Notes under the pieces: generated by a model
Seen by the model: only the letters and a program-made list of their open reading frames with translations
Told to the model about the DNA's origin: nothing
Databases searched by the model: none
In this document: positions 38,315-47,894 of the stretch, piece by piece
Numbering within the stretch: the first letter of the stretch is position 1
Layout of the letters: the number at the start of each line of letters is the position of its first letter
Assembly (NCBI GenBank): GCA_964593865.1
Contig: CAZQKE010000089.1
Coordinates: 1,358-65,357, forward strand
DNA from: an uncultured Anaerolineaceae bacterium
GTDB lineage: Bacteria > Chloroflexota > Anaerolineae > JAAYZQ01
DNA length: 64,000 bases
Reading direction: 5' to 3'
Program-made: the position numbers and the translations under genes

Positions 38315-39028
38315 TTAGCTCCGCATAACCATTTTGTTCAAGCCCGCGCCAACGGTGTGGAGCAGTTTACCAAAGGGGAAGTAGATCATCAAAATCTGGA
38401 CCAGGGTAAAGTGCCAGATAAAGACAACACCGGCACTTTCCGGCACGGGTTGCCAGCTAAATTTGAACAACCCCTGCATGAATTCCCGGATCGCCTGTTG
38501 ATCCACTTCCAGGACCAGACGCATGTGGAGACCGGTGATGGCAATGCTCGCCAGCAGGACCAGGGCGAAATAGTCTTCCGGCGTGGAAAGGACCTTGATC
38601 GTCCCCCCCCAGCGGCGGAGGAAGAGGTAGATGAGGGGGATGAAAAAGAGCAACCCGGCGGTCATCCCGGCAATGGCCGAGAAGGTATGCGTTTCCTCTT
38701 CCCCCCAGCCGAGCAGATCCCACAGGAAGTAAAAATCGGTCACGGTGCGGATGTGGCCCAAGAACAGGAGCAAAAGCCCGACGTGCATGATAAACCCCCC
38801 GGCCCACAGCAGGCGGTTGACACGAAAGACGCTCCGCATGGTGAACATGTCCACCAGGGCGTCGGCAATGCGCCCCAGGCGGCTTTCCGGGCGGGGGTAG
38901 AGGGAAAGGTGGGCCGTCACAGGGGGCTTTTGGAACCAGTTTCGCAGCCGATAGATCAACCCACCGATCAGGATGATCACTGCCAGGTAGGGTGTGATAT
39001 AGGCCAGGATATACTCAACAGTTTCCAT
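38315..39028 (-). CDS. NarI/HdrE/DsrM-like integral membrane b-type cytochrome subunit (5 TM)
   Basis: Five TM helices with conserved His. Nitrate reductase gamma subunit-like fold. Adjacent to the HdrD-like gene. Confidence 0.7.
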   Translation of the reverse strand: METVEYILAYITPYLAVIILIGGLIYRLRNWFQKPPVTAHLSLYPRPESRLGRIADALVDMFTMRSVFRVNRLLWAGGFIMHVGLLLLFLGHIRTVTDFYFLWDLLGWGEEETHTFSAIAGMTAGLLFFIPLIYLFLRRWGGTIKVLSTPEDYFALVLLASIAITGLHMRLVLEVDQQAIREFMQGLFKFSWQPVPESAGVVFIWHFTLVQILMIYFPFGKLLHTVGAGLNKMVMRS

Positions 39029-39113
39029 ATTGCCTATCCTCCTTGATGTACCGTTTATGAAGGGAGGCCGGAAGCCGCGGTCGGGTTTGGCGCGGCTTCC
39101 GGCACGTGCCCGG

Positions 39114-39353
39114 CTACGCGGTACGGCGGATGTAGAACTTGAACACGCCTTCTTCCTTTTTGGCCTCCAGCAGCTCGTTGCCGGTGCTCTTGGCCCAGGC
39201 GGTGATGTCGGCCATAGAACCGGGATCGGTGGCCAGCACCTCCAAGATTTCGCCTACGGCGATCTTGGCGATCTCTTTCTTGGTTTTGACCACGGGCATC
39301 GGGCACTTGAGGCCCTTTGCGTCCAACGTCCTTGCAGGTGTGTATTCGCTCAT
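39114..39353 (-). CDS. tusA: TusA-like sulfur carrier protein
   Basis: CPMP motif (LKCPMPVVKTKKEI). 79 aa. Confidence 0.85.
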   Translation of the reverse strand: MSEYTPARTLDAKGLKCPMPVVKTKKEIAKIAVGEILEVLATDPGSMADITAWAKSTGNELLEAKKEEGVFKFYIRRTA

Positions 39354-39374
39354 CTTTGTCTCTCCTTTTTGTTT

Positions 39375-39851
39375 TTAGATGAATAGCTGAATGTCGGAAT
39401 CCTGTGCTTCGGCGATAAAGGTTGCCGCGCCGACCGCGTCCTCTACTTCGTCAATCAGATCCTCCTTGTCAATTTCCATGACCTCCATGCTCATCTGGCA
39501 GGCCAAGAGTTTCACATCCAGATCAATGGCCATCTGGCGCAGTTCGGGCAGGGTAGTCACGTTTTGGGCCTTCATCATCTTTTTGAACATCCAGCGCCCC
39601 ATGCCGCCAAAGTTCATCTTGCTGGGGCCGATGCCGTCAATGTCCTTCAGGAACATGCTCAACATGCGCCCGAAGAAACTTTTGCCCGTCCCCGTCTTCT
39701 TTTTGATGGCCTGCAGGCCCCAAAAGGTAAAGAACATGGTTGTTTCCATGTCCATTGCGGCAGCGGTGGTGGCGATGATAAAAGCACCCATCACCCGGTC
39801 CATGTCTCCGCTAAAGACGACGATGGAACATTTTTTCTTCTCCTCGCTCAT
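39375..39851 (-). CDS. DsrE/DsrF-like family protein (DsrE2-type)
   Basis: DsrE fold motifs: CSIVVFSGDMDRVMGAF..., conserved Cys in KLLACQMS. Confidence 0.75.
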   Translation of the reverse strand: MSEEKKKCSIVVFSGDMDRVMGAFIIATTAAAMDMETTMFFTFWGLQAIKKKTGTGKSFFGRMLSMFLKDIDGIGPSKMNFGGMGRWMFKKMMKAQNVTTLPELRQMAIDLDVKLLACQMSMEVMEIDKEDLIDEVEDAVGAATFIAEAQDSDIQLFI

Positions 39852-39865
39852 TCTTTCCTCCTTTG

Positions 39866-40630
39866 CTAGATTCTACTCATTTGGGCGATATGTTGCAGGC
39901 GGCTGAGCAGGTTCAGCCGTTCGCGTCCGATCTCCGCCAGGGTGTCTGCCACCCGCTGCAGCAAACGGGAGACGCGTCGGGGGTGGTCATCGGGCACGAC
40001 GTGTACCGTCTCGGCGGCGGCGTGCAGGGCTTGTTCCGAAAGGCCCAGGTCGGTCGCCAAGCGGGAAAGACGGACTTGCCAGGCCGATCGGTCGGCGGAT
40101 GGCGGTTGTGTGGTGAACTGGCAACAAGCGGCGATGGCAACTTGGTGCTCTTTGACGATGACCGCGGCACTGGCGCACAACAAACCGGCATGGCAAAAGT
40201 GGACTTTGGCATCCTGCGATTGTTTCCAGGAGATGGCACAGCGTCGTCGCCCCTCGGCGGTGGAGAGGATCAGGTCACAAAATTTGCCGGAGTTGCTGAT
40301 TTCGGCCATGGGGGAGCCTTCCGGATCGGTGATGATCGCAGCAACACCCAATGCCTCGGCGCAGATATTTTGAATGGCCTGGATGCAGGAGGGGGGCAAT
40401 GCTTGATCGGAGGGGAGTGTCCCCGCTGCGGTGGGGTCGGTGGAAGGTTGGCCGCCGGTGCGCTGCCCCTGGAGCCAACGCTCAATTTCCCGGCGCGAAA
40501 ACCGCCACTGACCGCCTACTTTGAAACCGTGTATCCGGCCGTCGTGCAACATGCGGTAGATGGTGATGCGGTCTACCTGCAGCAGGTCTTGCAGTTGTTT
40601 GGTTGTGAGTAGATCATCCACTGCCCACAC
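39866..40630 (-). CDS. Transcriptional regulator: N-terminal excisionase/MerR-type HTH plus C-terminal PocR-like Cys-containing sensory domain
   Basis: HTH LLTTKQLQDLLQVDRITIYRM. C-terminal conserved Cys (CIQAIQNICAE, FCDLI, CHAGLLCASAAV) resembles PocR. Confidence 0.6.
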   Translation of the reverse strand: MWAVDDLLTTKQLQDLLQVDRITIYRMLHDGRIHGFKVGGQWRFSRREIERWLQGQRTGGQPSTDPTAAGTLPSDQALPPSCIQAIQNICAEALGVAAIITDPEGSPMAEISNSGKFCDLILSTAEGRRRCAISWKQSQDAKVHFCHAGLLCASAAVIVKEHQVAIAACCQFTTQPPSADRSAWQVRLSRLATDLGLSEQALHAAAETVHVVPDDHPRRVSRLLQRVADTLAEIGRERLNLLSRLQHIAQMSRI

Positions 40631-40737
40631 CGGCTTTTCAAAGGTGTGGGCAGTGTATCACAGAAGGGGGAGGTTGTCAAATTTGTAATTGCATGTTGTA
40701 ACAAGATATAACAGAAGATACAGAAGGAGGCGTTTTG

Positions 40738-42579
40738 TCATTCAACCGTCACGCTCTTGGCCAGGTTGCGCGGCTGGTCCACGTCCGCGCCGCGCTGCAC
40801 GGCCACGTGATAGGCAAAGAGCTGCAAAGGGATGACGGTCAGTACCGGTGTCAGCAGGGGCAAAGTAGGCGGCACATAGAGCACATGATCGGCTTTGCCG
40901 GGGATAAAATCATCGCCCTCCGTGGCGATGGCGATGACCGTTCCACCGCGGGCCTTGACCTGTTCCACCTGGCTGATCATCTTTTCGTACACCCGGTCGC
41001 GAACGGCGATGGCTACGGTCGGCATTTTCTCATCAATGAGGGCGATGGGACCGTGCTTCATTTCACCGGCAGGATAACCTTCGGCATGGATGTAGCTGAT
41101 CTCCTTGAGTTTGAGCGCACCTTCCAGGGCAATGGGATAGTTGATGCCCCGTCCCAGGTAGAGGAAATTCTCCGCCTTGTGGAAAAGGTGGGCCAGCGCG
41201 TCGTATTCTTTGTCGTTATCCAACACCCGACCGACCAGGTTGGGCAACGCCAGCAGCGAATCCAGCAGGGGAAGCATCTGTTCCGAGGAGATGAGGCCCC
41301 GCGCCTGCCCCAGGTACAGACCCAGGAGGTAAAGGTCCACCAGGGAGGTGGTAAAGGCTTTGGTGCTGGCCACGCCGATCTCCGGCCCGGCGTGCATGTA
41401 GATCACCCCATCGGCCAGGCGGGCGGCCTGGCTGCCGATGACGTTGACAATGGACCACAGTTTTGCCCCCTTGCGCCGCGCCTCCTCCATCGCCGCCAGG
41501 GTATCCACCGTCTCGCCGCTTTGGGTGATCGCCAACACCGCCGTTTGCCCATCTACCAAAGGGTCACGGTAGCGGAATTCGGAGCCGTAATCTACCTCAA
41601 CGGGAATACGGGCCAGGTTTTCTATGAGGAACTTGCCCACCAGCCCGGCGTAGGCCGATGTGCCGCAGGCAACAATGGCGATCTTGGCGATGCGCCGGGC
41701 TTCTCGCTCGCTCAGGTTCAGGTCGTCCAGAACGACGCGGTTGGCGTCAAAGTCCACCCTCCCACTGATGGTATGGGAGATGGCCTCCGCTTGTTCATAG
41801 ATCTCTTTCTGCATAAAGTGGCGGAACTCGCCTTTGGCCGCCGAGACCGGATCCCAGGGGATGGTGTGGGTTTGCTTTTGCCGAGAACGTCCGTCCAGGT
41901 CTGTGATGCGGACCCCTTTGGCGGTGACGACGGCCACTTCGCCGTTATCCAAGTAGACCATCCGCTGGGTGTGTTCCAAAATGGCGGGGATGTCGGAGGC
42001 AACGAACATCTCTCCTTGTCCCAAACCGATGGTTACGCCCCCGGCGTTGCCCAGACGGGCGGCTATCAGTTTATCCGGTTCGCGGCTGCTCATGACTACG
42101 ATGGCGTGCGCTCCTTCGATGCGCTTCAGGGCCAGGCGGACCGCCGTTGCCAGGTCTGCACCTTGCTTCATGGCCTCTTCCACCAGGTGAACGATGGTTT
42201 CGGTGTCGGTTTCGGAGGAGAAGGTGTGCCCGGCAGCCTGCAGCTCACGGCGCAAGGTGCGATAGTTTTCCACGATCCCGTTCTGGATGAGGACGATCTC
42301 ACCGCTGCAATCCAGATGGGGATGGGCATTGGTCTGAGAGGGACGCCCGTGGGTGGCCCAACGGGTATGCCCGATGCCGATTGTCCCCTGCATCGGTTCG
42401 GCGTTCAACAATCTTTCCAGGTTGATCAGTTTGCCCACCTCGCGGCGGATCTGTATCCGACTTCCTTGTATGACGGCGATCCCCGCCGAATCGTAGCCCC
42501 GATACTCCAACCTCTTCAATCCTTCGAAAATGATGTCCGTCGCTTCCCGGCTGCCTACGTAGCCGACGATGCCGCACAT
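40738..42579 (-). CDS. glmS: Glutamine--fructose-6-phosphate aminotransferase
   Basis: N-terminal MCGIVGY (Ntn Cys), two SIS domains, and C-terminal ...VAVQRGADVDQPRNLAKSVTVE. Confidence 0.95.
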   Translation of the reverse strand: MCGIVGYVGSREATDIIFEGLKRLEYRGYDSAGIAVIQGSRIQIRREVGKLINLERLLNAEPMQGTIGIGHTRWATHGRPSQTNAHPHLDCSGEIVLIQNGIVENYRTLRRELQAAGHTFSSETDTETIVHLVEEAMKQGADLATAVRLALKRIEGAHAIVVMSSREPDKLIAARLGNAGGVTIGLGQGEMFVASDIPAILEHTQRMVYLDNGEVAVVTAKGVRITDLDGRSRQKQTHTIPWDPVSAAKGEFRHFMQKEIYEQAEAISHTISGRVDFDANRVVLDDLNLSEREARRIAKIAIVACGTSAYAGLVGKFLIENLARIPVEVDYGSEFRYRDPLVDGQTAVLAITQSGETVDTLAAMEEARRKGAKLWSIVNVIGSQAARLADGVIYMHAGPEIGVASTKAFTTSLVDLYLLGLYLGQARGLISSEQMLPLLDSLLALPNLVGRVLDNDKEYDALAHLFHKAENFLYLGRGINYPIALEGALKLKEISYIHAEGYPAGEMKHGPIALIDEKMPTVAIAVRDRVYEKMISQVEQVKARGGTVIAIATEGDDFIPGKADHVLYVPPTLPLLTPVLTVIPLQLFAYHVAVQRGADVDQPRNLAKSVTVE

Positions 42580-42675
42580 AGTCGCTCCTCCCGTGCTGCA
42601 ATCGCAGAATGCTTTTGCAAAATTGCGGCTTGATGGCCGCGATGGGTTTGGGGCCGAATCCTCCGGAAACAGGTC

Positions 42676-44010
42676 CTAAACAACCTTGACGGTCACTTCA
42701 TAGATCTCAACGCCGCCGTCCAGGCGGATGATCTTGAGTCGGTAGGTGGTCGTTGCGGTGGGACAGACTTGGCGAGAGCCGTGACCGACGACCCCTTCAC
42801 CGTCCAAGTAGACCTCTCGGACATTTTCTACGTCCCAGCGCAACCAGGTGCACCCTCCCGCAGGGATGGTGGTGGCATCGGCCCGAAAGTCGACAACCGG
42901 TGCATTGGCCGGTGGGGACGTGGGCTTGGGGGTAGGCGTCGGCGGGGCGGATTGGGCGCAGCTCAGATCGTCAACATAGATGACGCCGCTTCCGCTGAAG
43001 CTATCGGGCACATCATCCAATACCAGGGCGCGGAAGTCAATAGGATAGTCCACGACGCCGTTGGAAGGGCCGTCAATGTGCCCCACCGGCCAGGGGGCGG
43101 TGGGATCAATCCAGGCATCCATCTGTTGCCAGCCGGTGTGTTTGACCTGCCCAAAGGTGAACTGCCAGGTTTCCCCTTGGGCGTCCTTGATCCAAGCGTT
43201 CAGGTAATGCTTACGCCCGTCGCCGTATACCCACATGCTGAGGCGGTTGGGCCGTCCACCCAGGGGAAAGGTGTGCAAAAAGACGACGAAATCGTTGCCG
43301 CCGGTGGGGAAGTTGTAGGCCAACTTTCCCGCATAAGAGCCGCTGTGGACCTGCTCGGTGGTCTGACTAAATGTGCCGTTGGGTTGATCGCCCCTGCGCC
43401 ACCTGCCGAACTCCTCAAATCCCGTGATGGGGCCGGGCGCAGCAGGTCGGCCCTTTGCACCGGAGGGTGTCTTGGTCGCCGTCGGTGGGCGAGGGGACGG
43501 CACGGTGGGCGGTGGGGCGGTGGGCGAGGCGGCGGGCGGCGTTTTGATGCTGATGGGTGTCCAGGTGAGCGTGGGAGGCGGACCGACGGCCCCCGTAGGC
43601 ACCCAGGTGGGAGTCGGTTCGGCGGTTTCTACAACGGTGATGTTGACCACAGCAGGGGCACCGGCAACCCCCGCCGTGTTGTATGCCACGGCCATCACCG
43701 CGTGGGATCCGGGTTGTTCTGCACGCCAGGGCTGGCGCACTTCAAAAGGGACGTTGGCCGCCGGGGAGGGGTTCTCAAACGCACCCAGCAGAACTCCGTC
43801 CACCCCGACTTCGACCTTGGCGACACCCTGACCGTCGGTCGCGGCGACGACGATGGCGATCTCCGTCCCCTGCGGGACCTGTTGTCCGGCCGTCGGCTCG
43901 GCGATGATGACGACCGGCGCGGTTGCCTGCCCGGCCTGCTGACGACCGCAGGAGACCAGGAGTATTGCCGCCAAGAACCACACCATCCCGAACCGTCTGT
44001 GCAGAAACAT
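42676..44010 (-). CDS. Secreted lipoprotein with Ig-like domain(s), Pro/Thr-rich linkers and a C-terminal beta-sandwich; unknown function
   Basis: Signal peptide with lipobox LVSCG. PT-rich linkers. No catalytic motif recognised. Confidence 0.55.
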   Translation of the reverse strand: MFLHRRFGMVWFLAAILLVSCGRQQAGQATAPVVIIAEPTAGQQVPQGTEIAIVVAATDGQGVAKVEVGVDGVLLGAFENPSPAANVPFEVRQPWRAEQPGSHAVMAVAYNTAGVAGAPAVVNITVVETAEPTPTWVPTGAVGPPPTLTWTPISIKTPPAASPTAPPPTVPSPRPPTATKTPSGAKGRPAAPGPITGFEEFGRWRRGDQPNGTFSQTTEQVHSGSYAGKLAYNFPTGGNDFVVFLHTFPLGGRPNRLSMWVYGDGRKHYLNAWIKDAQGETWQFTFGQVKHTGWQQMDAWIDPTAPWPVGHIDGPSNGVVDYPIDFRALVLDDVPDSFSGSGVIYVDDLSCAQSAPPTPTPKPTSPPANAPVVDFRADATTIPAGGCTWLRWDVENVREVYLDGEGVVGHGSRQVCPTATTTYRLKIIRLDGGVEIYEVTVKVV

Positions 44011-44175
44011 CGGTGCACCTCCTCCACAATTCGGACCCTGGCATTGTACACGGAAATAGGCACGTGGGCAAATCTCCGAAGGGCAGGTTGTTCATCCCCC
44101 GCCCACACCTTGCGAATTGACACCGCCCCCCCGATCTGTGGTATAATCACCCCACGCAACCAGGAGGAAAGGATC

Positions 44176-44823
44176 ATGCCGACCGAAATACCCGTCGTGG
44201 AAAAGATTTTGAGCGCGAACGACCGCATCGCAGCCGAAAACCGCCAACTATTGGATGCACACGGCGTCGTTGCTTGGAACGTCATGGCTTCCCCCGGCGC
44301 AGGCAAAACCAGCTTGATTTTGCGGACCATCGAGGCCTTGCGCGACCGGGTGCGCATCGGCGTCATTGAAGGCGATCTGGCCGGCCGCGTAGACGCCGAC
44401 AAGGTGGCCGCTGCCGGTGCCCCGGTGGTCCAGATCAACACCGGCGGCGGCTGCCATTTGGACGCTCCCCAGGTGCAGAGCGCACTGGCACGGCTCCCCC
44501 TGGAGGAGATTGATCTGCTGTTTATTGAAAATGTGGGCAACCTGGTTTGTCCCAGCGGTTGGGATCTAGGCGAGCATTACAAAATGATGATCGCCCATGT
44601 GCCGGAAGGCCACGATAAGCCGATCAAGTATCCCAACATGTTCGTCGTGGTAGACGCTTTTGTGCTCAACAAGATTGATCTGATCCCCTATTTGGATTTT
44701 GACACCGACGCCTTTCGCCGGGCGGTCCGCGCCCTCAACGCAAAGGCTCCTCTTTTTGAGCTTTCGTGCAAGACGGGGGAAGGGGTGGATGCTTGGGTGG
44801 AATGGCTCCGCTCTCATCGTTGA
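44176..44823 (+). CDS. hypB: Hydrogenase/urease nickel-incorporation GTPase (HypB/UreG family)
   Basis: G1 SPGAGKTS, CH motif GGGCHLDA, G3/NKID. Lacks a His-rich N-terminus. Start re-picked with an AGGAGG SD. The track ORF is an antisense run-on. Confidence 0.8.
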   Translation: MPTEIPVVEKILSANDRIAAENRQLLDAHGVVAWNVMASPGAGKTSLILRTIEALRDRVRIGVIEGDLAGRVDADKVAAAGAPVVQINTGGGCHLDAPQVQSALARLPLEEIDLLFIENVGNLVCPSGWDLGEHYKMMIAHVPEGHDKPIKYPNMFVVVDAFVLNKIDLIPYLDFDTDAFRRAVRALNAKAPLFELSCKTGEGVDAWVEWLRSHR

Positions 44824-44840
44824 GGTTGTGAGGATACAAA

Positions 44841-44866
44841 GAAGCGGCCCGCAAGGGCCGCTTCTT
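44841..44866. terminator. Bidirectional rho-independent terminator between hypB and tRNA-Tyr
   Basis: gaagcggccc-gcaa-gggccgcttc: 10-bp perfect stem with a GNRA loop, flanked by T-runs on both strands. Confidence 0.7.
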
Positions 44867-44951
44867 TGGTGGGCAGGGAAGGATTCGAACCTCCGAAGGC
44901 TGAGCCAGCGAATTTACAGTCCGCCCCCTTTGGCCACTTGGGTACCTGCCC
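44867..44951 (-). tRNA. tRNA-Tyr (anticodon GTA), class II with long variable arm, CCA encoded
   Basis: Hand-folded. Acceptor GGGCAGG/CCTGCCC. Anticodon loop cuGUAaa. T-arm GGTTCGAATCC. 3' ACCA. Confidence 0.8.
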
Positions 44952-44969
44952 GTAAAGCGAGGCCCATTA

Positions 44970-45005
44970 TACCCAAATCGCCGGATTTGTCAACCTCGGA
45001 CCGTT
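44970..45005 (-). promoter_or_regulatory. tRNA-Tyr promoter (-35 TTGACA, 17-nt spacer, -10 TATAAT), about 7 nt before the mature 5' end
   Basis: Reverse complement reads ttgacaaatccggcgatttgggtataatggg. Confidence 0.55.
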
Positions 45006-45095
45006 GTTTTGCCGGGGCAGGGGAAGTGCATCTATTTTTCACCAATGCAAAGCCGGGGCGAGTTCCCCCGCCCCGGCGTCACAATAACCCGGCCG

Positions 45096-46862
45096 TCAGC
45101 CCCCCAGCCGCGCGTATTCTTCATCGATCAACCGTTCGTCCAGCTTCTTGAAGAGAGGTGCGGGCTTGCGCAACGCCTGCCCCGGCGGGAGTCGGCTCGG
45201 CTGCCAACGCCCTACCGCGCCACCGTGGTCATAGGTCAATGCCCGGTGACTGCGGGTTTCTTCCCGGTATTCAACCACCTGCTGCGTTCCGAACAGCCGC
45301 CCTTCGTAACCCAAGTACTCGTGCAACCGCTGGGCCGTATGGGGCAGGATGGGCGACAGGATCGTTTTCAGGTTGTCCACCACCTGCAAGATGACATAGA
45401 CCGTCGTCGCCGCCGCGGCTCGGTCTTCCTTGATCTGGAACCACGGGGCCTTGCGGTCCAGATAAACGTTAGCCTCCCGCGCCAGGGCCATTGCTTCCCC
45501 CAGGGCCGCCCGGAACTTGCAGGCGTTGTAAAGCGCACCCACCGTCTCAAAGCCTGCTTCCACCTGGGCCAGCAGTGCCCGGTCGGCTTCGTCCAACTCG
45601 CCCGGTTGGGGAACGCGCCCTGCGAACCGCTTGTAGGCAAAACTGAGCATCCGGTTGGCCAGGTTGCCCCAGGTGGCGACCAGCTCATTGTTGTTCCGCT
45701 CAACAAAGTCCTCCCAGGCGAATTCGGTATCGCGGGTTTCGGGGGCTACGGCGGTCAGATAAAAGCGCAAAGGGTCGGGGTCGTACCTGCTCAGGAAATA
45801 GGGTACGTCCACCGCTGCACCCCGGCTCTTGCTGAACTTGCCTCCGCGGAAGTTGAGGTACTCGTTGGCAGGCACGTCGTAGGGCAGGTTCAGGCGGGCA
45901 TCGGGATCGTCGTGATACAGCCGCCCCACGGCCAGCAGCTCCCCCGGCCAGATGACGGTATGGAAGGGGATGTTATCCTTGCCGATGAAATAATAGGTTC
46001 GCGCTTCCGGGTCGTACCACCATGCCTTCCAAGCGTCGGGTGTGCCTCGGTTCTTGGCCCATTCAATGCTGGCCGAAAGGTAGCCGATGACTGCCTCGAA
46101 CCAGACGTAGAGCCGCTTGCCCTCATAGCCCGGCAGGGGAATGGGGATGCCCCAATCAATGTCGCGGGTGATGGGCCGCCCTCGCAGGTCCCGGACATAG
46201 TTGCGGGCAAAGTTGATGACGTTGGGCCGCCAGTGCTCCTTGTCGTGGGCCAGATAGTCACGGAGCCGATCGCCCAGTTTCGCCAGGTCAAGGAAGTAAT
46301 GCTCCGTCTCGCGGACTTCCAGATTGGTATCGCCGCTGGCCTTGCTGCGGGGATTGATCAGCTCGGTTGGTTCCAGCAGCTTGCCGCAATGGTCGCACTG
46401 GTCGCCCCGCGCGTCGGGGTAGCCGCAGTAGGGGCATTCGCCTTCCACATAGCGGTCGGGCAGGAAGCGGCCTTCCTTGGGGCTGTAGAGTTGTTGCTGT
46501 ACCTCTTTGTAGAGATAACCGTTCTCCAAAATCTTGAGAAAGATGTCCTGGGCAACGCGGTAATGGTTTTCCGTGTCGGTGTGGGTGAACAGGTCAAAGG
46601 TCAGGCCGATCTGTTGGTAGGTTTCCAAAAAGGTTTCGTGGTAGCGTTCAAAAATCTCGCGGGGCGAGACACCTTCTGCGTCGGCGCGGACGGTGATGGG
46701 CGTGCCGTGGGTGTCGGAACCGGAGACCATCAGCACATCGTTGCCCACCAGACGGTGATAGCGGGCGAAAATATCGGGTGGCAGGTAGGCCCCCGCCAGG
46801 TGGCCCAGGTGCTGGTAGCCGTTGGCGTAGGGCCAGGCAACGGCGACAAGAATCTTGGTCAT
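45096..46862 (-). CDS. metG: Methionyl-tRNA synthetase (short form, no C-terminal EMAP domain)
   Basis: HLGH motif, zinc knuckle CPYCGY...CDHCG, KFSKS (KMSKS). Start re-picked at MTKILV with a GAGGAGG SD. Confidence 0.95.
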   Translation of the reverse strand: MTKILVAVAWPYANGYQHLGHLAGAYLPPDIFARYHRLVGNDVLMVSGSDTHGTPITVRADAEGVSPREIFERYHETFLETYQQIGLTFDLFTHTDTENHYRVAQDIFLKILENGYLYKEVQQQLYSPKEGRFLPDRYVEGECPYCGYPDARGDQCDHCGKLLEPTELINPRSKASGDTNLEVRETEHYFLDLAKLGDRLRDYLAHDKEHWRPNVINFARNYVRDLRGRPITRDIDWGIPIPLPGYEGKRLYVWFEAVIGYLSASIEWAKNRGTPDAWKAWWYDPEARTYYFIGKDNIPFHTVIWPGELLAVGRLYHDDPDARLNLPYDVPANEYLNFRGGKFSKSRGAAVDVPYFLSRYDPDPLRFYLTAVAPETRDTEFAWEDFVERNNNELVATWGNLANRMLSFAYKRFAGRVPQPGELDEADRALLAQVEAGFETVGALYNACKFRAALGEAMALAREANVYLDRKAPWFQIKEDRAAAATTVYVILQVVDNLKTILSPILPHTAQRLHEYLGYEGRLFGTQQVVEYREETRSHRALTYDHGGAVGRWQPSRLPPGQALRKPAPLFKKLDERLIDEEYARLGG

Positions 46863-47095
46863 GAATTCCTCCTCTACCAAAAAACTGAGCGAGGGAGTCC
46901 CCTCGCTCAGTTCGTTCGTGGCGTTCTTTACCGCACAGACAACGGCAAGGGACTCAGCGGGGATGCATCTTGATCGTCGGGGGGCACGCCCCCATGATGC
47001 CCGTGGCCGTTGAAACCTGGCGGATGATATGCGGTTGTGAGATATGAGTACCCGCAAACATAACTTCCCTCACCGTTGTCATTCTACCACAAGTC
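46863..47095 (-). promoter_or_regulatory. metG promoter (-35 TTGCCT, 17-nt spacer, -10 TAGAAT at about 47085..47055) and ~230-nt leader ending in a terminator-like hairpin plus U6 immediately before the SD
   Basis: Leader 3' end reads ctgagcgaggg-gact-ccctcgctcag-tttttt-GGTAGAGGAGG. The upstream segment gctgagtccc can pair with the 5' arm and loop as an antiterminator. Confidence 0.45.
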
Positions 47096-47225
47096 GTTGA
47101 AAAAGGCAAACAGGTTCTGATCCTTTCGTTTCTCATTTCTCAAGGGCATGGGTGAGCGGGGTGAGCAAACGCCACCTCCCGGTTTGACAAAAAAAGCGGT
47201 TTGCGTTAAAATGCAAGCCAAAGAT

Positions 47226-47298
47226 GCCGCGGTAGCTCAGTTGGTAGAGCATTTGACTGAAAATCAAAGGGTCCCCAGTTCGAATCTGGGCTGCGGCA
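47226..47298 (+). tRNA. tRNA-Phe (anticodon GAA)
   Basis: GCCGCGGTAGCTCAGTTGGTAGAGC...cuGAAaa...GGTTCGAATC. Promoter TTGACA-17-TTAAAAT just upstream at about 47180..47215. Confidence 0.85.
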
Positions 47299-47311
47299 CT
47301 CAAATTCAAAA

Positions 47312-47382
47312 GTTTGTCTTTGCGGGCGTGGCTCAGCGGTAGAGCATCTCCTTGCCAAGGAGAGGGTCGTGGGTTCGAATCC
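47312..47382 (+). tRNA. tRNA-Gly (anticodon GCC)
   Basis: GCGGGCGTGGCTCAGCGGTAGAGC...uuGCCaa...GGTTCGAATCC. Confidence 0.85.
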
Positions 47383-47418
47383 CATCGCCCGCTCTCGGTT
47401 TATTTAGGCAGCGGATCG

Positions 47419-47489
47419 GGCGACGTAGCCAAGTGGCAAGGCAGCGGTCTGCAAAACCGCGATCACGGGTTCAAATCCCGTCGTCGCCT
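47419..47489 (+). tRNA. tRNA-Cys (anticodon GCA)
   Basis: GGCGACGTAGCCAAGTGG...cuGCAaa...GGTTCAAATCC. Confidence 0.85.
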
Positions 47490-47546
47490 CTGAGGGCAAA
47501 CGGGCTGGTAGTCTCGGTGGGGGCTATCAGCCGTTTGTGATTAGGC

Positions 47547-47630
47547 GGGGCGGTGGCGGAATGGCAGACGCTGCGGACTTAAAATCCGCTGGAGGAATAC
47601 TCCGTATGGGTTCGAATCCCATCCGCCCTA
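47547..47630 (+). tRNA. tRNA-Leu (anticodon TAA), class II with long variable arm
   Basis: ...GCGGAATGGCAGACGC...cuUAAaa...long variable arm...GGTTCGAATCC. Acceptor closes with a G1-U72 wobble. Confidence 0.75.
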
Positions 47631-47894
47631 CTTTTCCCCACTCTGGGCCGATTGCATTCTGACGGAACCGTATCCCTTTCCCCAACGTCTTACAGACAGA
47701 AGTCGGTGGCGACTCAACTTGCAGGCCATTGGACGGGTGTATTTATCGTTCCCACTGCCGGTCTCCTCGCGGAGACGCCGAGAGCGCGGGGAGAAACCAG
47801 GCAAGATCAACCGTTCCTCGGCGCACTCCGATGCGAAATTCTGTAAAGACCGTCGGCCGTGCGATTGGGAGCGTACATCGAAAGGAGAAGAGCC

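Noticed and set aside
40735-42633. 632-aa plus-strand ORF
   Set aside because: Antisense to glmS.
42769-44823. 684-aa plus-strand ORF
   Set aside because: Antisense to the Ig-like lipoprotein for most of its length. Only its last 216 codons (HypB, from the ATG at 44176 with an AGGAGG SD) are real.
45009-46973. 654-aa plus-strand ORF
   Set aside because: Antisense to metG.
46863-47095. Canonical T-box riboswitch on metG
   Set aside because: A terminator/antiterminator pair is present, but the conserved T-box sequence AGGGUGGNACCGCG is not found. Reported only as an attenuator-like leader.
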